A stretch of DNA of 64,000 bases, from NCBI GenBank assembly GCA_013265495.1, contig MU058636.1, forward strand, positions 4,561,741 through 4,625,740, in the 5' to 3' direction. Position numbers and translations under genes: made by a program. This DNA comes from Vicugna vicugna. Lineage: Eukaryota. The notes below the pieces were generated by a model. That model was not told where the DNA came from and made no database searches. It was given only the letters and a program-made list of their open reading frames with translations. This document shows positions 54,897 to 64,000 of the stretch, piece by piece (position 1 is the stretch's first letter; each line of letters starts with the position of its first letter).

Positions 54897-57020
54897 TGAT
54901 GTTTGCGGGGGAAATGATCCTATCCTGTTGGAACAGTGAAAAAGGTTTCTAATGTGTTTTTCTTTTAAATATGATCAGTTTTAGAAGGTGATTGGGGCTA
55001 AGAGAAATCACATCAAATGTGGGGGGAAATAATCTCCCCTAGTAAGGATAACTTTAAAGGCAGAGTTAAATGCCCCTGTATGTTCATCTATTGTCACATA
55101 TTGTCTAAATGATTAAAAAAAGGGGGGGGGATGCCGCACTTCACTGGCATAAGCATGCAAATTGATTTCAGAAGCTCACCTAAACTTTCTCCATCCTTCC
55201 TCTGACTCCCTCCAGTCTGAAAATATTTGGGAGGAAGTGTTCCATCTTGTGGGGGGTTGACCTAGTAACAGAGAAGACTTATTTCCTGTCCCCGTTATTC
55301 GTGATTATTTGAAGGTATTCCGTTCAAGCCATATGACCACTGAGCAGTCCTAAGCTTTCACTGAACAGCTGCTGTTCAGGTAGGCAGTACAGGTGCCGGG
55401 GGATGTGAGGAATAAAGTCGTGGGCCTGGAAACCGAGGAGCCTATAGCTAGAACAACTGTAGTGATTAGCTTTAAAACTGGCTTTAAACCTTTAACATGG
55501 TGAACATATTTTAAGTTTTAGTGACCTGTTGGTAACAGTCAACTAAATGACACCGTTTCTAGTAAGTGCAAGTAGCACATGTTTTTCACACTTATTCTCA
55601 GTTGTGTCCAAAGATGTTGAATTCCGTTTACAAGTTGAATACTTGTTTCTTCAGAATTTTTGAAATGTTCTTAGTTGTAAAATCCTGTATGTGCTTAGAC
55701 ATGTTGCCTTGTCTTTTTTTGTTCTAAGACACTTTAGTAAAGTGGTTAAGATTAATTATATTATTTTGGCATTTACCATAATTACACAATAATCTGCATT
55801 GGTGCTGTTTTAAGCACCGTGTACTGACTCTACAAGCCAATTGTGAAATCCAAGATTGGAATCATTTATTTTCTTCAAATTGGCAGGGAAGTATAATAGC
55901 AGTGAGTATAGAATTAAGTTTTTCTGTATTCTGGAAAAGAAAATGCTTTTCACGGTATCAACTATTATATAACGGCCACTGTCAGATGTTTTGTTTAGGG
56001 ATTTATCCATCTGTCATACACTTCTAACACACAGCCCAATATAATTTTTTTTGTTATTTGGTCCACTTTTAAGTTATTCAGTTATTAGTTCCAGTTAAAA
56101 ATGTTACATTTTGTTTCCTCCATTTTACACAAATAGAAAATGGTCATTTTGTTCAAAACCAAAAAAAGAGAAATGATTAAGAATGTTCATTTTTTTTCTG
56201 TATGTATTATGTTAAATGTGTTTGTGATGAATTTTAGTTAGAATTAAAATAGTGGTTTTGTGTGGCAATTTACTCTTGTGGCCAAAAAGACCAAAATTTT
56301 CTGTGTCCAGAGTTGCTTTTGAAATACAGCAGCATAAGCTTACTTTGAACTTAATCGCTTCAAAGTTAGAATATTGTTTGAAGCTCTGGTCAAAGCCCAC
56401 CAAAAAGACTTAACAGCAGGGTTACCGGCAGCCCTCGAGAGAAGCGGGGCTACGCGCTGATGGTGTTTCCCTCTGCAGACGTCTCAAGCATTAGGATTTC
56501 TCAAAGGGCAAGGAAACGTGATCAGAAAGAGTAGAATGGGTCAGCAGTATAGAGAGACTGACCCACGTTCCAGAGCTCAGCTCAGTTCACCGGTAATTAT
56601 GAACTGTATGAGGGGCTAGGGAAGGTGTCGGAAGCGGGAGAGATGAGGGGAGTCTGTTGTATAAACACTAGATACAGAGTCCCCTGTTCTTGAGGGGCTT
56701 GGCGTTTCACTGGGGGACATCTAATGAAGTTTCAAACTGCATGATGCAGACAGAGAGGGTTGGAAAAGGTGGCAGCAGGGAGACACCTGTGCCAGGTCTA
56801 GCGGTTTGGTACCCTGTGAAGCATGAAGAGGTGGCTATTAGGCAAAAGAAAGACACTGATATTTCTCTTTATGGATAATAAATTACTGGAATTCACCTCC
56901 TCAAGGGTAAAAGATATAAGATCCTTGATGAGTTCCAATTGGAATAAAATTATACCACACATATTTGGAACTAAGCCCAGTAGGGATTAAATTGGATCAT
57001 TTAAAAATGTCATAAATTGT

Positions 57021-57144
57021 GAGGGGGGTTTGGCTCAGTGGCAGAGCACATGCTTAGCATGCACGAGGTCCTGGGTTCAATCCCCAGTACCTCCATTAAT
57101 TAAAGAATAAATAAATAAGCCTGATTATCTACCCCTCCTCAAAA
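57021..57144 (+). mobile_element. tRNA-Ala(AGC)-derived SINE (camelid Vic-1 type)
   Basis: Same head and post-tRNA segment (aataaataa-cctRatta-ctaccYYYcctc) as the 38022 copy; TSD aaaaatgtcataaat (57003-57017) / aaaaatgccgtaaat (57145-57159) after TT. Confidence 0.9.
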
Positions 57145-58429
57145 AAAAATGCCGTAAATATACAGAAGACCTTCCAAACCTCAAGAGTCTCAAAAAGGAA
57201 GAAATATCTGGGGAGAAACTAGCATGGCTTCAAGAGTACTTTGTCTTGAATGGCTTCAGTATTTTGTAGAATGCAGAGCCAGCTATATCATTTCAAAAGG
57301 ACCTCCAATCCAGCTCTTTCCTCTCTTCACCATCCCCCTTTTTCCCTGCAGTCCCCTCCCCCACTTGTCTCCCCACCCCATACACAGGCTCCAGTATGAC
57401 GAACCCAGTGTTTGAACGCTGCATATTGAACTTGGCAGCCACCTTTGATGTGCTTTGTAGAGGAGAGTCATCAAGGTGGCAGCCTGACATAGAGCAGAAT
57501 AGAAAAGTGTGAGCAGGAAGAATCTGCTTTCAAAGTAAACAAGCTCTCAGATTCACCCCTCATTAACGTCAGTGTCCTTGTTTATCCTCAGTGTCAGTCT
57601 CTCAGAAGCAGGAGGTTTTGGTGACACAGACCTGAAGCCTTTATTTACACTTATTAACTCGGTCAACCATATATTAGCAATATATCCTTGTGAAGTGGTG
57701 ACAAATTTATAACACCTTCTCACCATGACCTTGACATCTTTTAGGAACTCCTGGTCAGTGGTGACCAATACTTTTTTCTTCAATGCGTTTTATGTCAGAA
57801 TCTGAACAGATTGAGCTATAAAAAACTGACATATTCCCTTCATAGCTGCCTTATTGTATCTAATTCCAAAAAAAGAAATAGGTTTTTAAAACCTGACTTC
57901 ATATTATTTTTATTTTTTGTCATGAATCCTCCTTTATTAACAGTTCTTTTAAAATGCAGTAATTATGAAGTCTTCATAATAACTATATGCTAGTTTCTTA
58001 TGCTCAAAAATGGGTGTAATTAGGAGAATCTTTAAATTTCTTTTTTCTTATAATAATGAATATGATATACCAGTGAGGGCTTGATTATAAAAACAAAACA
58101 AAAACCAAAAACAAACCTCAAAGTTAAGAAATCTATTTACTGTGTAATTAATAGCAACAAGAAGCCTCATTAATTGGAGGTCTGTCGTGAGCCAGGCCAG
58201 TGGGAGGGCCTTTAGACACATCATCATGGATTATCATGATCATGTCAGAGGCTGCACTGAACTCTACGCTTTCATGATTCTTTGTTTTCCTAAAAATTTT
58301 GCTCAGATAACAAAACTGAAGGTCTGTCATTTGAAGGTTAGACATTAGTCAGCCTAGCTTCATTGTTCTAGAGACCAAAGTACAGATTTAAAAATAATTC
58401 TTCTGATTTAATCGCCACTTCTGCTAGGA

Positions 58430-58650
58430 TTTGAATGCATTCACTTACTCAGTCAGTGGGGCAAGAAATGTGCCAGGTACTTTTCTAGGTGTTGGGAGTA
58501 AGTGATGAATGAGACGGTAACACTCTCTGGTCTCTTAGACTTTGTAATTTAGAGGAGGAGACAAGACAGTAAACAAGTAAACAAATAGATAAGGAATAAA
58601 CTTCAGATAGTGATAACTGCTATAAAGAAAATCAAATAGGATATGATAAT
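58430..58650 (-). mobile_element. L2 relic
   Basis: cattcacttactca..tgtgccaggtact..tctaggtgttggga..gaatgagac..agacagtaaacaagtaaac..ttcagatagtgataa. Confidence 0.65.
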
Positions 58651-58740
58651 AGAGAATTATACATTCAAAAAGGACACGGAAGGTACAAGGAAGGTCTTTT
58701 GATTTCCATTAAGAATCTAAAAAAAAAGTGGTTGCCATGA

Positions 58741-58959
58741 ATTTTTTCTTAATTGACATATAGTTGATTTACAATGTCGTGTTAATTTCAGGTGTACAGC
58801 AACGTGATTCAGATATATTTATATTCTTTTTCAGGTTCTTTTCCATTATAGGTCATTACAACATATTAAATGTAGTTCCCTGTGCCATACAGTAGGACCT
58901 TGTTTTTTTATCTATTTTATATGTATAGTAGTTTGTATCTGCTAATCCCAAACTCCTAA
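58741..58959 (-). mobile_element. Cetartiodactyl-type L1 3'UTR fragment
   Basis: aattgacatatagttgatttacaatgtcgtgttaatttcaggtgtacagcaa.gtgattcag...gttccctgtgccatacagtaggaccttgtt...ctgctaatcccaaactcctaa. Confidence 0.88.
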
Positions 58960-59721
58960 TTTTTTTGATGAAGCTTATCTTTAGCACTTAATACATATTT
59001 GTATGTAATAATCACAATGAAGTTAAAGAAATGCTTTTTCTTAAGTTTTCATATAATAGTAAGGATATTAATGATATTCTTATTTTATAAGGGGAAGCAA
59101 GGAGTAGTATATTAAGGATTCCACAGTCGTTGCCTGAATGCATTAAAATGTGTGGTACCATTTAGAACAACTGCTGTTCTCTGTAAATATCAAATTTAAA
59201 GGGTACAGAATTAACTGTTTAAGAAGTAATTATTCTGTTTTAATATTAACCTCATTTCTATGAACTTGAGAAAAATCTCTTAGATCTATGTTTCGGATCT
59301 GTCAAAGGCACCTTTCAGAGTGGAATTTATAAATTCGAATAGTGCACATAAATTGGGTGTGAAAATTAGTGATCAGATGACAAGTGTATTACTTTCTGTG
59401 AATGCCTTATTTATGAATTGAAAAATAATCTCTGTAAACTGTTGGTATGGTAATTTTAGAGGTTATCCTAAGCTGTAGCATGTGTTATTTGGATAGTTCA
59501 GTCATCAAAAAGATGCACTTACAAGCAAAGTAAATTGATTGAGATATCAAAAGGGGGTACCAAAAAGAAGGAAGGTGTTGACCGTGCTGTGATATGCAAG
59601 GAAATATAACAGAAAGAAATAGGTTTACTTCAATTGCTTCAGGTATGATGGAAGAAAAATTGCAAGAGTTTTGAGTATAACAAGATCAAAAGATGACTAG
59701 AATTTTTTATTAAGCTGTTAT

Positions 59722-59910
59722 CAGTAGATCTTTACCTTAGTGTCCATGAGAATCTCTGAGGGAGCCTGATACAAATGCAACTTGTTGAAACCTACCTCTA
59801 GAGATTCTGGTTTAGAATATCTCAGACATAGCCACAGAATTTGCATATTTATAGGAAGCCCCTGTGACTGGGTGCAAATGATCAGCTGATGGATCTTGGG
59901 AAACGGTCTG
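59722..59910. mobile_element. MER5-like hAT MITE
   Basis: cagt..gaatctctgagggagc..aaatgca..cctacctctagagattctg..gaatttgcatattta.a..agccc. Confidence 0.6.
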
Positions 59911-60844
59911 GCCAATGACCCTATCACCAACCAAGTTATCACTGAACTCTGTTCTCCCTACTTGTTGCCATTAACATTCTTCAGTCTCTGTGGGAGCAAA
60001 AATAGACAATCTCAAGCATACTCTTAAGAGTGAAAGGGTATCAGTCACAACAAGATGCATCAAAAAGATAATTGTGGGTAGAGGGGCAGGGAAAGAGTAT
60101 AAAAGAAATTGAAGTAAACAGAAGACAGTAATATAAATCATTTAAACAAGAGATTTCAGTTAAGCTCTTAAGTGGAAGTTAGGTGATGATTGCCCTACCT
60201 GGTCATGATCCACAATGTGAGACAAGGCACAAGAGAGAATTCTGAATGCTACGCTGTGCAAATATGTGTATTATGTGTGCTGATAAAGGGACATTCACAA
60301 AGGAGGACACATTTCCACTAGAATGGAGGCTCCCTGAAGTCAGGGACTACATCTCCTTTGTTTGCTGCTGGATCTTTGCCTCGTACCTAATACTAATTAT
60401 GATGGGCAGGAACGGTGCTAAATTCCTTCTGTGCACTAACTCATTTAGTTCTCCTAACACTCCTAGGAGGGAGGGAGGAATATCATCCGTATTCCACAGA
60501 CAGGGACGATCAGACCCAGGGAGATGGCAGAGGTTCCCTGCTGCTAATAACTGCAGGGCAAGGATGGGTGTAAACCCACGCCGGGTGTGTCTAGAGTCTG
60601 CTTTTAACCACTGTGGAAGCACATCATAGACATTTGCTGATCTGGAGTGACTGGAGGAAGGATAATTAGAATTCCTGACATTTTTAAATGATGGAATAAT
60701 TTAAATGCAACTTTACTCATTTAGTAGTTAAAGTATTTGTATGTAACCAAGACATTCGACATACTATAAGGTGTATCACCTGTTTTACTAACAGACCAAA
60801 AAAAGTGCTTTGTGTATATAAATGTACGCTTCTAAAAAGTTGGG

Positions 60845-61105
60845 GCATTTTTTTCCCTAGAGCTAGAAAAGTAGTTATAAAGTTTATTTGGAAGAATAAA
60901 TTTTCACAAATATCTGAGAAAATCCTAAAAATAGAAAGAAAAGAAAAAGAGCAGAGGATGGTAGAAGGTTGACCATTAAAGATAGTAAAATGCATCCTAT
61001 AGCCTCAAAAATTAAAATAAGGTGGTGTCAGCACGTGAAGAGACAGACGAATAGAAGAAAAAAATCCAAAATCAGACCAAATGCATACAGAAATTGAGAA
61101 TTTTA
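60845..61105 (+). mobile_element. Decayed L1 ORF2 fragment
   Basis: gagctagaaaag..ttataaagtttatttggaagaataaa...ctatagcc.caaaaattaaaata.ggtggtgt..gcac..agacagac..aaatcagacc, recalling L1 ORF2 'LKFIWKNK...YYKATVIKTVWYW'. Confidence 0.6.
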
Positions 61106-61308
61106 TAATATTCACACTACAAAGTTATTTTAAAAATACATAGACATAAGAAATCTCTCTTTCCTAATCTAAAAGACTAGTCCCTGTAGTCTTTTCCTTA
61201 GAATTTATTTATGGGACTCATCTTTATTCAGTAAGTAGTTTAATGGTAAATTTATCTTAGATTATCTCTAAACAATTATGAGTTCTTCAAAAATCAGTAC
61301 CCAAATTA

Positions 61309-61357
61309 TCCGAGATCAGACGAGATTGGGCGTGTTCAGGATGGCATGGCCGTAGGC
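61309..61357 (-). pseudogene. 3'-truncated (tailless) 5S rRNA retropseudogene, 5S nt 1-49
   Basis: Minus strand reads GCCTACGGCCATGCCATCCTGAACACGCCCAATCTCGTCTGATCTCGGA, 44/49 identical to mammalian 5S (GTCTACGGCCATACCACCCTGAACGCGCCCGATCTCGTCTGATCTCGGA); flanked by direct repeats cagtacccaaatt / cagtatccaaatt. Confidence 0.93.
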
Positions 61358-61479
61358 AGTATCCAAATTCTCTACAGAGTACAGCAGCTAAAACAGTTAT
61401 GACAAGATTAATAAATGAACAGGGAAGAGAAGTAATATAAAAGCAAAAGACCTATAAGAAGGTTAAGAGGGACTTTTCA

Positions 61480-62050
61480 AGGCTGTTTAGCAAACACTTA
61501 TTGATCTCCTAGCAGAGTGGCAGGAATCCTAATAGATGTTGGGGTAACTGCCTCTTCTTTTCAGAGAACCCACTATTTATGTGGGTGCTTATGTCAAAAC
61601 AAGACCATGAGTGAAGAGTTGAAAGGCTAGGCTAGATGTTTGTATGAGGGTCAGGGAACACTCAGGAGGGGATAAGTGTTTTAATGGGATGGGATTCGGG
61701 ATATTGAGGAGGACTGGAGAAGCCTGCCCGAAGGAGGAGACATTCAAGTAGACTGTGAAAGAGTAGGGTTCATGTGGTAGAAAAGAAGGATACAAGGGAG
61801 GGCAGGGACCCACTCCGGACTCAGAAATGGAGCAAAGATGGTCTCGCTAGAGCTTGGGGAGCTTGTGGGAGAAAAACAGGATGGGAGGCAGAAAAGGTAG
61901 GTTAGAGCCAGATATTGCCTGATCAGATACGCCATGCCAAGAAACGTTAACTTGATCACGTAAGCATCAGGGAGACCACCCAACCCATGACTTTTAAATA
62001 GAAAGGATTATGATCAGTGTCAGATAGGGCGTGGGGAGGGAATCAGTTGA
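61480..62050 (-). mobile_element. L2 relic
   Basis: ttagcaaacacttattga..; ggagaagcctgcccgaaggaggagacatt..; gggagacca..gactttta. Confidence 0.5.
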
Positions 62051-62299
62051 GCGTGACTGTGCAGGAGGTGACTGCGGCAATCCCAGGGACAGGGCGGGAA
62101 GCCTGGGCTGTAGCAGGAAATGGGAACGGAGAAGATGCCGAATTCAAGACCCATTTTGTAGATAAAAATCTATAAAACCATGAAAGGATGGAGTGAGAGT
62201 CAGAAAGGAAGGTATGAAGGTGAAGTCCCTCAGAGGACAAAATCCTTTCCATCCCTTCTGGCCTATTTGTTGGAGCCGGGAAGCTGGCAGCTGTGCCCC

Positions 62300-62685
62300 A
62301 GCTGGTCTCCCTGCCCCTGCTCCGGTTCCCCCACTGCAGACTTCTTCCATGGTCTCCTTGCTCTTCGCGGCTTCCTGTCACCATCATGAGAACCCTGGTT
62401 TCTTGGTTTAGCATGGCGTGCAGGGTCCTTCATGTGACTCCTGCCTTCCTCTCAAGGCATAGGGGCCACTGCTCCTTTGCCTGGGCGTGTGCACTGGCGT
62501 ACAAACTATTCTAGGGTCCAAAACATGGCCCCTCTTCCCCAGCTCTCGTAGCTCCCATATGCTGTCGCCTCTGCAGAAAATGCCCTTCCCTCCCCATCAT
62601 TTTAGTTTCTAGAGTCAAGCATAAGGCGTGGCCCAGTATAGCTGCTCGAATGTTTGTTGAATGAACAAATGAATAAATGAATAGA
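62300..62685 (+). mobile_element. L2 3' relic
   Basis: Ends gcgtggcccagtatagctgctcgaatgtttgttgaatgaacaaatgaataaatgaat. Confidence 0.6.
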
Positions 62686-63337
62686 TTTAAGTTCATCTGA
62701 GTTTTGTCTGCCCCTGGAAACCTTTCCTGACTCCCGTCCTTGATTTGCCATGGGTTACCTTTCTTTCCACCCTCGAGCTCCAGTCCCTACCAGTTTTTCA
62801 TTGTGTCTTTGACTGTTTATTATCCATCCCCCAATCCCTCAAAGATTGCGAACATCTTAGGGGAAGAGGATTACCTTTTATCTCTGCATCCCGGTGCTTA
62901 GTGTAATTAGTCTCAGTAGATGTTGGAGGGTAATTAGATGGGAGGTGAGGGTGGGTGGTAAGGAGTTTGGGGAATCAAAGTGATAACAGTGTTACAAGGG
63001 CATAATCAGCAATAGAAAGAACAGATGGAGTCTCCTTTAGGTTCTAGGGGATTTGGTTCCCTAGGGCTGGAGGAAGAAGGCAGTCTCACCTTGGAAAGGA
63101 GAGAACGTCATGACTTCCCCCAGAACTCCTCTGTCCTGCCCTTCTGGCAATTTGGATGCTTCCTCAGAGATTACTTATTCAGAGATTGCACCTGGAAGCA
63201 ATGACCTTGTAAGTCCCAGATGGTGCAGTGCACCCAGTAGGGACCCTGCCACCCTCCTGGGGCCCTCTATTTCCAGGCATTCAGAAAAGAAGAATCTCCA
63301 TTTAATCTGAAATCCTACATCTTGGTTTCTGTTGTAG

Positions 63338-63442
<105 letters not shown>

Positions 63443-63822
63443 TAAGGAGCTGGCTTGGGTTAATGGTAACCACGTCACTTAGCCAGGGAAGAGGGTATCT
63501 GGTTTCATTGCTGCCTACACTAACCAAACTAGAAGCTGCTCAAAGTGGACAGCTTCTAAAAGATCTAAGCCCTAAGGACATTTTCAGGCTTTCCTTGACG
63601 TTGGCTTGGCAGCCATTACAGAAACTCCAGCCTCTACCAGAACTGCCAAGATCCATGGCAGGGCTACACTTACCACTTTAGCAAAGGAAATGGCTATAAT
63701 TTTCCAAGTGCCTTTAGTTTTCCAGAAAACCTTTTCATAGAGTAATTATGCTAATGGAAAAGGAATGAAGTGGTTTGTTTTCTTTTTCTGAATTCTCTCT
63801 GATACTTAGATAAGATACTTAG

Positions 63823-64000
<178 letters not shown>

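Noticed and set aside
61309..61357. Functional 5S rRNA gene
   Set aside because: Only 49 of ~120 nt; lacks the internal control region and terminator.

Overview
Mammalian genomic DNA, most likely a camelid (two tRNA-Ala-derived Vic-1-type SINEs plus cetartiodactyl-type L1 3' ends). The window lies inside the + strand FRY gene (furry homolog, microtubule-binding NDR-kinase scaffold). I can splice 12 coding exons (equivalent to exons 2-13, the last cut by the window end) with GT-AG boundaries and consistent phases into one 1308-nt open frame running [11 protein letters not shown]...PLNIFVKII. Exon 1 is upstream of the window. The remaining ~98% is intron with decayed L1, L2, MIR, MaLR LTR and MER/Tigger relics; repeat family names and boundaries are by eye and approximate. 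I see no novel multi-gene system, and almost all ORFs in the supplied track are spurious. The observations most worth checking are: a TSD-flanked tailless 5S rRNA retrocopy; a candidate intronic promoter/first exon paired with an exon-2 Met that aligns with the FRYL start; a stop-introducing competing acceptor before exon 7; an exon-11 acceptor echoed inside the exon; an orphan polyadenylated insert; and tail-only retro-insertions.
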